From: an uncultured Chthonomonadaceae bacterium
GTDB taxonomy: Bacteria > Armatimonadota > Chthonomonadetes > Chthonomonadales > Chthonomonadaceae
Direction: 5' to 3'
Assembly: GCA_963817895.1 (NCBI GenBank)
Contig: CAWFQB010000006.1
Coordinates: 96,001-160,000 of the forward strand
DNA length: 64,000 bases
This document shows, in pieces, positions 52,019-63,249 of this stretch (within the stretch, counting starts at the first letter, position 1; every line of letters starts with the position of its first letter). Under the pieces are notes generated by a model. That model did not search any database and was not told the origin of the DNA. It saw nothing but the letters and a program-made list of their open reading frames with translations. The translations under genes were made by a program, and so were the position numbers.

Positions 52019-52912
52019 TTATTCAGTCGCGCCATGCTGAAGAAGGAGGGGAATCAGGGCGTCGTTGTGCTGTTCGCGGGCAATGGTGAGGGCGGTTTTG
52101 TGGTACTTGTTGCGTTGGTTCACGTTGGCATGGCGCAGCAGCAGCAGGTTCTCAATAGCAATCACGTCTTTTTCGGGAACCACATTATGCGCAAACATCG
52201 CAATGTTCATCAGGGGCGTGTAGCCGAAGTTGTCCCAGACATTGGGATTCGCGCCGGATTGGAGGAGCAGACGCGCCGCTTCAAATTTGTAATCGTAAAT
52301 GGTGTAGTGCAGGGGCGTCGCGCCCAGACTATCCCGAATATTGATGTGGGGATGGCGCTGAAGTAAATGCCGCATTGCGTCCGCATCTCCCCATTTCGCT
52401 GTCAGCATGAGGAGCGTGACGTTCTTACGCTCCCAATTTTCATACGAGGCGTTGGAGTCGGCTCCATACCGCAGCAGAGTGTTGAAGAGCGCTTTGTCTC
52501 TATCCTCGACGGCTTTCCAGAGAAGTGACGGTCCGCTTTCTCGCGGATCGTGAGCAAGGGCCTCGTCCCGAAATTCGTAGCGCCAGTATGAGAAGGACAG
52601 CATCCCGCGCTGAAAACGATGGCTCATCTCCGCAGGGAAAGAGCCATAGGGATAGGCTTGCGTGTGAACATTCGGGTCCGCCCCCTGTTGAAGCAAATCT
52701 TCTATTTTATCCGTGTGTCCGGCATAGGACAAATCCTTTTGCTGTTTATGTCTCAGGTCTTCCTGCCGGTCTGCAACCGCTTCCAGAAGGCCAATATTGA
52801 GGGATTTCCGCCGCGCTCCCTGATACGTCCAGGCCGCAAACGCGGCGCAGGACAATACGCCAATCCCCCAATTACGCAGGGCGCGGCGAAAGCGGGCGGA
52901 TCGGCTTTTCAT
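52019..52912 (-). CDS. Ankyrin repeat protein with N-terminal TM
   Basis: GATPLHY, LLQSGANPN, GYTPLM and LLQHGA motifs. Confidence 0.88.
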   Translation of the reverse strand: MKSRSARFRRALRNWGIGVLSCAAFAAWTYQGARRKSLNIGLLEAVADRQEDLRHKQQKDLSYAGHTDKIEDLLQQGADPNVHTQAYPYGSFPAEMSHRFQRGMLSFSYWRYEFRDEALAHDPRESGPSLLWKAVEDRDKALFNTLLRYGADSNASYENWERKNVTLLMLTAKWGDADAMRHLLQRHPHINIRDSLGATPLHYTIYDYKFEAARLLLQSGANPNVWDNFGYTPLMNIAMFAHNVVPEKDVIAIENLLLLRHANVNQRNKYHKTALTIAREQHNDALIPLLLQHGATE

Positions 52913-52922
52913 CCCTCATCCC

Positions 52923-54749
52923 TCATCCCTGCATATCGGGCCATTGCTTGTGCCAGTTGGTAGCGCGTTCATACGCCAACCCAAGTCGCAGAATGGCGGC
53001 TTCGTTGTACAGGTTGCCGACAAACTCGATGGATTGGGGAACGCCGTCCACCAGTCCGCAGCGCGTTACCAGCGTGGGATGGCCGGTCAGATTGGTGTAT
53101 ACCAGAGTGGGGCCGTGAAAGGGAACGGTCACGTAGCAGTCTATGTCCTTGAACGTGGCGGCCATCTCCTGCTGCAAGCGGGTTCGCAGGCGCATGGCCT
53201 GTAGATAGTCGGACGCGGGAATGGTGCTGCCGATGCGGAACGTGTTCGGCCAACTGCCATCTTCCTGCTGCGCCAGTTCATCCAGTTTGCCGCTTGCCGA
53301 AAGTTTGTCGAAAGCCGCCGCGCCCTCCGCGTCAATGGTCAGCCAGGCAATCGGCTGATACAATTCGCGCGTTTTTGGGCAGGTCGATGGGAACAGGCGT
53401 CACGCCCATTTTATGCAGCGTGTCCAGCGCGTCCTTATACGTTTGCGCCCGTTTGCCCTCTTTGGCGGCGGCATCGAACGCGGTCTGGTCTATGCCCACG
53501 CGCAGGTTTCTCAGGGGCAGGTTCGGGTTCCAGCGGAACGGCACATCTGCCACTGTCGCGTCCCGTCCGTCCGGGCCGTAAATGGCGTTCAGGACGAGGG
53601 CGCAATCCTCCACGCCCCGGCACATCGGCCCGATTTTGTCCATTGTCCACGAGAGCGGCATGGCTCCATAGCGGGAAACGCGCCCGAACGTAGGCCGCAA
53701 TCCCGTCACGCCGTTGCGCACGGAGGGGCTGACGATACTGCCCAGTGTTTCCGTGCCGATGCTGAAGCCGACCAGTCCCGCCGCCGTCGCGCTGCCCGGC
53801 CCCGCCGAGGATGCCGCTGGAACCCTGCTTTGTGTTCCAGGGATTGCGCGTCATGCCGCCGAACCACACGTCGCCCATCGCCAGTTCGCCCATCGTGAGT
53901 TTGGCGACCAGCACCGCGCCCGCCGCTTCCAACCGCTCCACAACCGTCGCGTCGTAATCGAAAATCTGATGCTCATAGGGTTTCGCGCCCCAGGTCGTGG
54001 GGATATTGCTTGGTTGCCAGCAGGTCTTTGCCGCCCCAGGGGATGCCGTGCAGCGGGCCGCGATATTGCCCTCCGCCATTTCCCTGTCGGCGCGTTCCGC
54101 CTGCCTCAGCGCCAGGTCTTCCGTCAGGTTGACTACGTTGAGCAGGCGCGGGCCGTAGCGTCTTCAGCCGGTCCAGATACATGCGCGTCAACTGCATAGA
54201 GGTGACTTTGCCCGCCTGGATCAGCGCGGACAATTCCACTGTGGAAGCAAAAGCAAGCGATTCCGGGTTGCCGTCGTAGTGGGGCAGGGGAACGCGGCTC
54301 ATGCGGAACGAACCTTTGCCGGTCGCGAACTTCATACCGGGCAGGCGCGGGTCGAAATGGACGGCGGGCGCGAGCAGCGGGTCGGTATCGCCCGTGCGTA
54401 ATGTCTGTATGTTCTGGCGAATAGCGCCAAGTGAGCGCGTCATCTGTTCGCGCTGTTTGTCCGTATACGCGCGTCCGGCCAGTTTATCGGCTGCGGCAAT
54501 ATCCCCTGTGGTAATGGCGTCTTCGGGCGCAACTGCGGGCGCGTTGACTTCTTCCGCGACAGCGGCAGACGCGGTTCCCGCCAATCCCGCCGCCACAAGC
54601 CCTTTAACGAACTCACGCCGGGGCAATTTCCTGTTCTTGTTGGCTTTGGAAGAGGGTTCCGTGTTCGCAACCGTAGCTTCGGGCGCGTCGGGTGTGGGAT
54701 TCAGTGTATCCGCAGCCTCAGTAGTGGTCGCATCGTGTCGTCGTGGCAA
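52923..54749 (-). CDS. Amidase signature family protein (Tat signal), several frameshifts
   Basis: GPLHGIPWGGKDL, NPWN...SSG, GLRPTFGRVSRYG and NLTGHP spread over four ORFs. Confidence 0.88.
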
Positions 54750-54864
54750 TGATTTTCCTCGCTATATAAAAAGTTCAAAGTGAAAATTTAGAAACTGCTA
54801 CTACGCGCAGAAGTCGGAAATGTTCCTGTTCCAACCACCAATCACCAGCCACCAACCACCAACC

Positions 54865-55779
54865 TCAACGATGTGTCGGCGGGGCCAATCCCTGATGCGC
54901 CTCCTGCGGGTCGAGCAAAAAACTGTCGGCAAGCAGCGTTTGGGTTTGGGCGGATGTGGCCGCGCCATGCGATTGCAGCAGATTGACCAGTGAACGCAAT
55001 CGGTTCAATTGCGCCTGATGCTGCCGCGTCACCATTTCCGGGGTCGGGTGGGACGGCAACACGACACCTCCGGGCGGCGACGTGACGGGCGCGGGATGCT
55101 TCTGCCCCGATTTAGCCAGCACGTCCATATACGTTGCCAGCCACTCTCGATGCACTTCAGCGGCAAGGACGGCAAGGTCGTCGAGGGGCGTTAGCCCTTC
55201 GGCGTTGGCAAGGTTCGGGTTTGCGCCGTGATCCAGCAGCAGGGCGCAGTTGACCGCGTTTTTTTGCGCGACGGCAAGGTGCAGGGCCGTGTTGCCGATC
55301 TTGTTCGCGTGGTTCACATCCGCCCGCGCTGTGAGCAGGTCCAGCAGAATGTCGCGGTCATTGTGGTCTACGGCGTACATCAGGGGCGTGCTGCCCATGC
55401 CGTCCGGCGCATCCACGTTCGCGTTGCGCGCAAGCAGTTCCGGCAACAGGATTTTGCGGCTGTAGGCGGCAGTCAGGGACAGCAGGGGAACGCTTTGCAA
55501 CTCATCTCCCGACAATTTGCCGCGCAATCGCGCCTTCAGCCCTGACCAGAAGCCGGAAGGAAAAGGCTTGCGCGTTCGTGAATCGAAGCGCAGGTTCGCG
55601 TCCGCGCCCTGCTGCAAGCAGGCCACCCCTTGTTGTTCCTGCCCTGTGTACGCGGCCTGAATCAGCGTCGCATTGAGCCGCTCGGCGCGTGACCCGGCAA
55701 CGACCATATACAGGAAAGCGCCCATTATAAGCGCGATTGCCGTTAGCAGTATCCATCGGGCGCGAAATTTCGGTTTCAT
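54865..55779 (-). CDS. Ankyrin repeat protein with N-terminal TM
   Basis: GSTPLMYA, GNTALHLA and LLDHGANPN motifs; ATG at 55779. Confidence 0.88.
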   Translation of the reverse strand: MKPKFRARWILLTAIALIMGAFLYMVVAGSRAERLNATLIQAAYTGQEQQGVACLQQGADANLRFDSRTRKPFPSGFWSGLKARLRGKLSGDELQSVPLLSLTAAYSRKILLPELLARNANVDAPDGMGSTPLMYAVDHNDRDILLDLLTARADVNHANKIGNTALHLAVAQKNAVNCALLLDHGANPNLANAEGLTPLDDLAVLAAEVHREWLATYMDVLAKSGQKHPAPVTSPPGGVVLPSHPTPEMVTRQHQAQLNRLRSLVNLLQSHGAATSAQTQTLLADSFLLDPQEAHQGLAPPTHR

Positions 55780-55852
55780 AATGGAAATTGTACACCATTT
55801 TGCGCCGAAAACGGGTGTTGAAAACGCTTGCTGTGAAATGAGCGCGGCGTGG

Positions 55853-55945
55853 TTGCCAGGGATTGAAAATCCCTGTCTACACAAAACAAGCGTCCTTCGG
55901 ACGCGATTGCATAGCATCAAGATTCCCGCGTCCGCAGGACGCTTG
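55853..55945. repeat. Core of the MITE/REP family without the outer TIRs
   Basis: TGCCAGGGATTGAAAATCCCTGTCT...CAAGCGTCCTTCGGACGC...GCGTCCGCAGGACGCTTG matches the core of 44903-45079. Confidence 0.7.
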
Positions 55946-56118
55946 CACTTTCCTGCCGGGGAAAGAGATTTAATCTGAAATCCCCGGCCCCTGTTTCACA
56001 GCAAGCGTTGAAAATCCCCGGCAAACTCCAACAGGGATTGGGAGGCGGCATGGTGAATACTGTTTCCGCATAGCGCCAAGTACAGCAAGAAGCATAGCAG
56101 AACGCGAACGAACAGGAC

Positions 56119-57204
56119 ATGAACAATATGAATATCAGTGTGGAGAGTTTCAGCGTTACCAAGCGGCATCCGCTCACGATCAGCCGGGGAACCAGCGCGG
56201 GTTCGGAAAACCTGCTGGTGACGGTGGAACATGAGAAGATTACGGGCATGGGAGAGATGGCTCCCACATCCGGCGGGGCGGTTGCGGAAACAGCGGACAC
56301 CGCCGAAAACGCCCTTCTGCGCTGGATACCCCTGCTGGCCCATGTTGCGCCCTGGGACATGCAGCGCATCGAAACGTTGCTGAATGTGCAGGAGGGCGAG
56401 CGGGCGGCGTATTGCGCGCTGGATTGCGCCCTGCACGACTGGCAGGGCAAGCGGCTGAATATGCCCGTGTGGAAACTGCTTGGACTGGACATTGCCGTCA
56501 TGCCGCCGACTTCGCTCACAATCGGCATCAATCCGCCCGATGTAATCCGCGTCCGCGTTCCCGAACTTCTGGCGCGAACAAACGCCAAATTCCTGAAAAT
56601 CAAACTCGGCAACTCGCAGGGTCTGACGGCGGATAAAGCGGGTTTCATGGCTGCGCAGGAATCGGCGACGGAGTACGCGCAGACAACCGGAAGCGTCCCC
56701 GTCGGCTGGCGCGTGGACGCTAATGGCGGCTGGACGGTTCGGGAAGCGCAGCATACGCTCGACTGGCTGGCAGAGCGGAATGTGGCGTTTGTAGAACAGC
56801 CTTTACCGCGTGGGCGGGAAGCGGACTTAGCCGTTCTGCACAAACACGCGCCACTGCCGATTTATGTGGATGAGAGCGTCCGAACCGCCCGCGACATTCC
56901 CCCTCTGGCAAAGAATGTGGACGGCGTGAACCTCAAACTGATGAAATGCGGCGGACTGCGCGAAGCCCTGCGCATCATCCATACCGCTCGCGCGCACGGC
57001 CTGAAACTGATGATCGGCTGCATGTCGGAAACCTCGCTGGCAATCACCGCAGCGGCGCAGTTAGGCTCCCTGGTAGACGAACTCGATCTGGACAGCCATC
57101 TCAACCTCAATCCCGACCCATTCGTTGGCGCGACGTATGCGAATGGAACCGTCAGCCCAACCGACGCGCCCGGACTTGGCGTTCATCCCGCACCAAGCGT
57201 GTAG
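56119..57204 (+). CDS. Dipeptide (L-Ala-D/L-Glu) epimerase, enolase superfamily
   Basis: KIKLG, DANGGW, EQP, DES, NLKLMKCGG, GCMSE and DLD motifs. Confidence 0.92.
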   Translation: MNNMNISVESFSVTKRHPLTISRGTSAGSENLLVTVEHEKITGMGEMAPTSGGAVAETADTAENALLRWIPLLAHVAPWDMQRIETLLNVQEGERAAYCALDCALHDWQGKRLNMPVWKLLGLDIAVMPPTSLTIGINPPDVIRVRVPELLARTNAKFLKIKLGNSQGLTADKAGFMAAQESATEYAQTTGSVPVGWRVDANGGWTVREAQHTLDWLAERNVAFVEQPLPRGREADLAVLHKHAPLPIYVDESVRTARDIPPLAKNVDGVNLKLMKCGGLREALRIIHTARAHGLKLMIGCMSETSLAITAAAQLGSLVDELDLDSHLNLNPDPFVGATYANGTVSPTDAPGLGVHPAPSV

Positions 57205-57230
57205 CCTGTTTTCGATATACATTGGAGGGG

Positions 57231-57348
57231 TAACTATTCACCACCAAGACGCCAGGAACACCAAGCAGAATGCGAAGAAAAACATTGCTTCGCCTGTTTT
57301 GCGCCTTTTATAGCTTGGTGTTCCTGGCGTCTTGGTGGTGAATAGTTA
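57231..57348. repeat. Perfect 36-bp inverted repeat element
   Basis: 57231-57266 is the exact reverse complement of 57313-57348. Confidence 0.9.
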
Positions 57349-57391
57349 TCACACTTGAAAAGACAGAGGCTTTCGTCTCTCCCGCCGTTTC

Positions 57392-57664
57392 TTAAATCTC
57401 GTCCTCGTCCTCATCCTCGCTGGGATCAATGTACACGGTGACGTTTTGCAGCGTTTTGTCGCCGCCCTCTTTGGGAAGCTCGTAGTACACGTCAATCACT
57501 TCCCACACATTGGTAATCCCCTTCTTTTCCGCTTCGTCCACGTCCATCATAATGGACTCGCCGATGCGCGGCACATGGATACTCTGCACTTCGGCAATCA
57601 CAACGGGTTCTTCATCGGTGTCCGGGTAGTACACGAAGGTCAGATTGAGCTGAGACGGGTTCAT
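57392..57664 (-). CDS. Small acidic hypothetical protein
   Basis: AAGGAG RBS, 90 aa, VPRIGE motif. Confidence 0.7.
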   Translation of the reverse strand: MNPSQLNLTFVYYPDTDEEPVVIAEVQSIHVPRIGESIMMDVDEAEKKGITNVWEVIDVYYELPKEGGDKTLQNVTVYIDPSEDEDEDEI

Positions 57665-57754
57665 GGCACATTCTCCTTGATGGTAGGGGTTCGCAAAATG
57701 ATCTGGTTTCGGCACTGCCACTGCGACAGAACACAACGCTGTATACGGGTATCA

Positions 57755-57877
57755 GGGTTTTAGGGTTCTATGGTTCTATGGTTTTAGGGGAAATACATTG
57801 TTTTTGTGCTTTCCACCCCTTTGAACCGTGTGCCTGAACACCTCAGAACCCTAAAACCATAGAACCATAGAACCCTA
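57755..57877. repeat. Inverted arrays of the 8-mer repeat (GGTTCTAT)n
   Basis: Read directly. Confidence 0.75.
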
Positions 57878-57878
57878 A

Positions 57879-58592
57879 TCACCTAAAGATTGGTTCTCTC
57901 TTCCCAAGATGTGTGGGAACGGGGTGCGTGATATGCGCTTCCAGCCAGGCGTTTTCGATAGCCAGAAATTCGCGCGCCTTGTAGCGGGGCATCACCGCGC
58001 CGTAATCGCGCCGGTCTGCGGGGACGCCCACGACATCCATGCCCAGCGCGCGGGCGGTATACAGGGCGCGGGGCAGATGGTACGCCTGCGTGACCAGAAT
58101 CGCTTGCTGTACGCCGAAAATATCGCGCGCCCGATACAGGCTGTCGTATGTGCGGAAACCGGCGTAATCCAGCACAATATCGCGTTTGGGAATGCCCATT
58201 TTCAGCGCGGCCTGCCGCATCGCTTCCGGCTCATTGTGCGTGACCGTGCTGTTGTCGCCGGTCATCAGCAGTTTACGCGCTTTGCCCGTTTTGTACAATT
58301 GCGCGGCGGTGTACACGCGGTCATAGAGAATGGGTGACAATCCGTTGCGCGTGTAACCGGCCCCGAACACAACCACCACCGGGCGGGTGGGAACCGTTTG
58401 CAGACTGTAAAGCAGCGGCCTACCGGTCAGGAAAATATCGGCGTAAATCAGCGCAAGTCCGAGCATAACCGACAGCAAAATGCCGCCTGTGTAGATAAGC
58501 CCGCGCCGGAACCGTCGGGCGCGGGATCGGGCGGCAGGCTGCGTAACAACCGCTTGCGACAATTCGGGCAAGGTGACAACAGCCACGAGCAA
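57879..58592 (-). CDS. SanA/YdcF (DUF218) family protein
   Basis: VFGAG, TGDN, NEP, LDYAGFRTYDS, TQAYHLPRA and RE-LA motifs. Confidence 0.9.
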   Translation of the reverse strand: MLVAVVTLPELSQAVVTQPAARSRARRFRRGLIYTGGILLSVMLGLALIYADIFLTGRPLLYSLQTVPTRPVVVVFGAGYTRNGLSPILYDRVYTAAQLYKTGKARKLLMTGDNSTVTHNEPEAMRQAALKMGIPKRDIVLDYAGFRTYDSLYRARDIFGVQQAILVTQAYHLPRALYTARALGMDVVGVPADRRDYGAVMPRYKAREFLAIENAWLEAHITHPVPTHLGKREPIFR

Positions 58593-58733
58593 TTCCTTTA
58601 GAGCCTATTCCAACTGGCCCTCAACCCCTAACCCCTTCTCCCAAAGTTGGGAGAAGGGGAACCTATCTGGAGAGGCTCTCAGGATTCTATTAAAAGACAG
58701 AGGGGTTATAGATTGACATAAACAGCGTTACAC

Positions 58734-59231
58734 TTACGATACCTTATCGGAAGCGTTGTCGCCATACAATTTGCCCCCGATGCGTATCACGACTTCGGGA
58801 ATGTCGCGGCGTCCCAGAGAAACCGCGTCCCAATCCTGGGGGCCGTCCTGATTGGTGTAGCGTTGCCCGATGTGATCGCAAACGGCGTTCAGAATGTGGA
58901 CAATATCATCTATGCTCATGTCGGGACTCTGATGCGCCACCAGATACAGGTTCGCGCCCCGCGCGCCGATTACCTGCGGCGGCGACTGCGCTATAGTCAG
59001 GGCTTCGGCAAACTCATCGTAAATGCGCTCTTTTTCCGCGTCTGTCAGCGAAGTAAGCAGCGGCCAATCTTCCAGCGCATATTCAATGTAGCAGGCGTTG
59101 AAGACAACATCTCCCATCGCAAAGAACTCTTCCTCTTCCTCCATCAATTCCCGGTAAAAAGCTTCGTCCGACGATCCATCATGCGGTTCCACAAGGCTTC
59201 TCCATTCGTAATTGGATACAGTTATCTGCAA
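58734..59231 (-). CDS. Acidic hypothetical protein directly after the HNH gene (start uncertain)
   Basis: 165 aa ORF starting 1 nt after the HNH stop. Confidence 0.6.
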   Translation of the reverse strand: MQITVSNYEWRSLVEPHDGSSDEAFYRELMEEEEEFFAMGDVVFNACYIEYALEDWPLLTSLTDAEKERIYDEFAEALTIAQSPPQVIGARGANLYLVAHQSPDMSIDDIVHILNAVCDHIGQRYTNQDGPQDWDAVSLGRRDIPEVVIRIGGKLYGDNASDKVS

Positions 59232-59232
59232 A

Positions 59233-60042
59233 TTACCAGTTCAAGGCTTCAGGTGCTTCCATAAACAACACCTGCAAGCCGGGGATAAGGGTATACTGCC
59301 GCTTCATTTCCGCCCATACTGTCGCATGATTGGTTCGACTGACTGAGCGCTGAAAACGCGCCAATTCTTCCGTACTCTTGCCTGCCTGCTTGTTGTTGAC
59401 ATACAACTCTAAAATCAGTATGTAGTGTTCGTAAGCGTGTTCGCGTGAGGTTTGCAAATTTTCACGACTGTTCAGGCCGAGAACATCAATCGTGTACTCC
59501 GCGCGTTCCTGCTGAATCGAAGTCAGGTTTGCTGCGGGGCGGAAATTAAAGGTGGCGCGTATATCAAGTTCCATAAAGTGAAGTGGGTCTTCTGTGCGTG
59601 GGTTGATGAGCAAAGGTTCGCCTGCTTCGGGAGGAACAACAGGCGCTTTCGGTGAACGCGCCAGATTTATCTTTTGCCCAGTCTGCTGCGAGTACACATG
59701 AAACCTGTTCGATTTACCCAGATTACAGGGACTGCAAGCATACAGGTAGTTTTCCCAAACAAACACAAGGTCGGGGTAGAGCGACTTGGGCTTTATATGT
59801 TCTATTTGATTCGGCTGCGAATCCTCACAGTACATGCAGCGCAATGTTCCCGTACAGAGTGATGCAAGTACCCTCCGAACCTCTCTGAAAGCAGAGTTGT
59901 TCTCTCTGTTCTTAGCAGTGAATTCGTTTTTAGCGGCGTCAATTTTCTGAGTGTAGTCAGTAATGGCTTTGATGTTGCGTTGGTACTCGTCGAGACGGCG
60001 TTGCGTATTTTTAGATAGGGAAGCGTCTCGTAAACGAAGCAT
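59233..60042 (-). CDS. HNH endonuclease (Septu PtuB-like)
   Basis: RCMYCE, IEHIKPKSLYP, WENY-YACSPCN-GK and LINP motifs; TAATG coupling with the ATPase. Confidence 0.85.
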   Translation of the reverse strand: MLRLRDASLSKNTQRRLDEYQRNIKAITDYTQKIDAAKNEFTAKNRENNSAFREVRRVLASLCTGTLRCMYCEDSQPNQIEHIKPKSLYPDLVFVWENYLYACSPCNLGKSNRFHVYSQQTGQKINLARSPKAPVVPPEAGEPLLINPRTEDPLHFMELDIRATFNFRPAANLTSIQQERAEYTIDVLGLNSRENLQTSREHAYEHYILILELYVNNKQAGKSTEELARFQRSVSRTNHATVWAEMKRQYTLIPGLQVLFMEAPEALNW

Positions 60043-61441
60043 TATTTCGCTATGACCTCCCGATCCGTGATGTGCGATGCAGTCGGCATCATGGCGCGAA
60101 GCCAATCCTGTTCCTGTTCTTCGTTTTCATTCAAGCCTTCGTGCAACTCTTTGATGTTCAGCGCCGCCAACCGTTCCACCAAATGCAGTCCTTCTTCCGA
60201 GCGTCCAACACTGTTTCCAAAAGCCCCTGTGCTGTAAGCATCTAATACGTTGCCGTACAGCAGACGATTTAGTTCCGTCCCGCAAATCATCTCTCCCTGT
60301 TCATTCGTTCCCGGCGTAGGCAGTTTGAACACAGTTGTTGCGGCCTGACAGACGAACGGACTGTGTGTTGTGACAATGAACTGAATGTTCGGAAAATGCT
60401 TGCGGAACCAGATGCCAATGCGCCGTTGCCATGCCGGATGTAGATGCACGTCTACTTCATCTATAAGAACGACACCAGGTACGACAATTTTTGTGGGATC
60501 GGCAGAGCCAAAATTTCGCCAGCCCCGTAGCAAATAGCTAGTTGCCTGATTAAATCAAAGGTAAGACTTAGAATAGAGCGGTAGCCATCGCTAAGTTCTT
60601 CAACATTGACACGGTATCCATTGCCATCGACAAACTCTACCCCTTTGGTAGAAACCCTCTTGATAGCTACTCCATCTGGCAAAAAATTATCGTGGTTGAC
60701 AAAATCTTGGATCGCTGTAAGCAACTGACCTTCTAAGGCATGCGAATTTTCAAGTTGGATAAATCGCAACTCTTTCAGCCACCTCAACGTTTCAGTCAAA
60801 GCAACATTTTCACCGAAAGCAGTTAAGTGGCGGGCAAGTTTCGGATTGCTATGAAGAGTGTCTTCAAAGTCTTCATCCCCTCCAGAAAAACGTCTGAAGG
60901 GTCCATAGGAAGCGCTAAACCAACCTTTGTTGTTTCCCCACACATGTCTTTGCGAAGTTGATCTATCCTGCTTGCCTGTGCCCCACCCAAGCACAACATT
61001 GTTTGAAGCAATGTTATCATGGTCCTGCTGACGTATAAGCAACATGGTTGCAGAAGGCTTCTTCAAAGTGTTTGTTCGAGACTTAGTTTTGGACCCTTTG
61101 TGTACAACAACAATAGTTGATGATAATAAAGGTTGCGTCAGAGGTAAATTCCCCTCTCGATTGACAGATGCAAAATAGTCGTAGTCAGGCGCAGCAAGAA
61201 TATCAACTCCAATTTGCCCTATTTGTTTTTCGTGTCTTAACCAGTTACTCCAGTTTTGGCGGAGAGCTAACGCATTAGTAGGGCCAATCAGAGCTAAAGC
61301 AAGAGAACGAACAAAGGCCGTTTTGCCTGCGCCGTTGTCGCCGAGTATGACGTGCCAGCCTGCCGCCTGATCTTCTTGAATCTGCCATGTCAGGTTGGCG
61401 ATGGAGCGCACATTGGTTATGGTTGCGGTTTTAATGTACAT
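60042..61441 (-). CDS. ABC/AAA-type ATPase (Septu PtuA-like), frameshift near 60510
   Basis: [28 protein letters not shown] and QFIVTTHSP motifs. Confidence 0.85.
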
Positions 61442-61766
61442 GTTCTTGCTTGTTTCGGGTTGATAGCGTAAGGCTTGCTGTCAGAATAGCGTGTCTATTG
61501 AAAATACGTTTCTCACAGGCGTTAATTCGCCGCGCCGCGCCCTTCTCCCTGCCTGCGCAATGAGGAAGATTTACAAGTTTGGCAACCCGAATCGGGACTA
61601 TTTCTGCCGTGACATCCGCGTGTTCGGAACCGTTAGAAATTTTGGGAACGCTGTTGACGCTGAGAACGTCAGTTGACATAGATTTGAAAGCGCATTCACT
61701 ATCCAAATGAGAGTGTTATCTTGAACCGTCCTTGAACAACATTTGCATGTTCTGGAGGAGAAACTC

Positions 61767-62942
61767 ATGACATACGAACCAACGACGCGGCGCGAACTGC
61801 TGCGAAATGTGGGAATTGCCGCCGCAACGGTGACATTAGGCGGCTTGTGGATGGAAGCGGACGCGCAAAATAAGGCAGTCGCCGCGCCGTCTCTGCCCGT
61901 CGCTCTGGCGCGTTGCGAAACTTACGATTTAGGAGTGGTTACGGCGCGGGTGCAAACCCTGCTGGATCAGACGGGCGGCGCGAAAAGGCTGGCATCGGGC
62001 AAAACCGTTGCCATTAAAGTGAACCTGACTGGCAGCCCCATGAACCGCTTTGGCAACCTGCCCGCGTCCCGCTCGTTCCACATTCACCCGAATGTCGTGC
62101 TTGCCCTTGCCACCCTGTTGGACAAAGCGGGCGCGAAGCGTATCCGGTTTGTGGAGGGGACGTACAGCACGCAGCCTATGGAAAAGACGCTGCAAAACTT
62201 AGGTTGGGATTTGGCGGCGTTCAGCGCCCTTCACGCGCCCGTCGAGTATGAAGACACCCGTAATCGCGGCCCCAAACCCTATACGCTGGTGAAAGTGCCG
62301 GGTGGGGGCGATCTGTTCCCCGCGTACCAACTGAACCACTCGTATGCGGACTGCGATACTTACATTTCGCTCGCCAAACTGAAAAACCACGCCACTGCGG
62401 GCGTCACGCTGTCCATGAAGAACAACTTCGGCATCACGCCCACCGCGCTCTACGGCCAGCACGACCCGAACGAAAACAGCACGTCGGCGCGTATAGACAT
62501 CTTCCATCAGGGCAAGGACAAGCCCGCCGCCGGTCTGCCGCAGGAAGTAGACCCGAACGGCCCGCGCGTTCCAAGCTACCGGGTTCCGCGCCATGTTATG
62601 GACGCCATCCGCATCCGTCCCATTGATTTCGCGCTGATTGACGGCATTGAAACCGTATCCGGCGGCGAAGGTCCCTGGCTGCCAGAACTGGCCGCGCTAC
62701 AGCCACATCTGCTAATCGCGGGACGCAATCCCGTCTGCACGGACGCCATTGCCACTGTCTGCATGGGCTATGACCCACAGGCCGCGTCCGCAACCGGCCC
62801 CTTTCCCGGTGACAACCATCTCGTTATGGCGGCCAAACACGGATTGGGTACGAACGATCCCAAGCGCATCGAAGTAGTTGGCCTGACAATCGCGCAAGCG
62901 CGGCATCCGTTCAACTGGGAACCGAAGCAGCGCCATACGTAA
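61767..62942 (+). CDS. DUF362 family protein with Tat signal
   Basis: RRELL, IKVNL, KLKNH...TLSMKN and IDGI...GEGP motifs. Confidence 0.85.
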   Translation: MTYEPTTRRELLRNVGIAAATVTLGGLWMEADAQNKAVAAPSLPVALARCETYDLGVVTARVQTLLDQTGGAKRLASGKTVAIKVNLTGSPMNRFGNLPASRSFHIHPNVVLALATLLDKAGAKRIRFVEGTYSTQPMEKTLQNLGWDLAAFSALHAPVEYEDTRNRGPKPYTLVKVPGGGDLFPAYQLNHSYADCDTYISLAKLKNHATAGVTLSMKNNFGITPTALYGQHDPNENSTSARIDIFHQGKDKPAAGLPQEVDPNGPRVPSYRVPRHVMDAIRIRPIDFALIDGIETVSGGEGPWLPELAALQPHLLIAGRNPVCTDAIATVCMGYDPQAASATGPFPGDNHLVMAAKHGLGTNDPKRIEVVGLTIAQARHPFNWEPKQRHT

Positions 62943-63247
62943 GGAAGATAGGGAGATAGGGAGATAGGGAGAGGGGGAGATTGGGAACCGCGAAATACGC
63001 TAAATACACGAAAAAAGGACAAAAAGAAGAACACAAGGGAAATAGACAGGATTAACAGGATTTTCAGGATTGAACAGGATTATTCGCAAAGGCGTAGGGG
63101 CTTAATTTATCACGCCCGCCTATTATGTTGTTCTTATCCGTGTATATCCGTTTTATCCGTTCCATCCGTGGTGTGCATTTTCATTTTGTCCTTTTTTCGT
63201 TTATTTCGTATGTTTCGCGGTTCCCACTCTCCTTTTCTCCTTTTCTT
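62943..63247. repeat. Nested short repeats and palindromes in a convergent intergenic region
   Basis: (GGGAGATA)n, AACCGCGAAATACG...CGTATGTTTCGCGGTT and (ACAGGATT)n. Confidence 0.6.
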
Positions 63248-63249
63248 CC

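Noticed and set aside
579..61441. Many split genes as mass pseudogenisation or programmed frameshifting
   Set aside because: Single-base indels hit unrelated genes, including aroF, often at homopolymers; long-read error is the simplest explanation, though reads are needed to confirm
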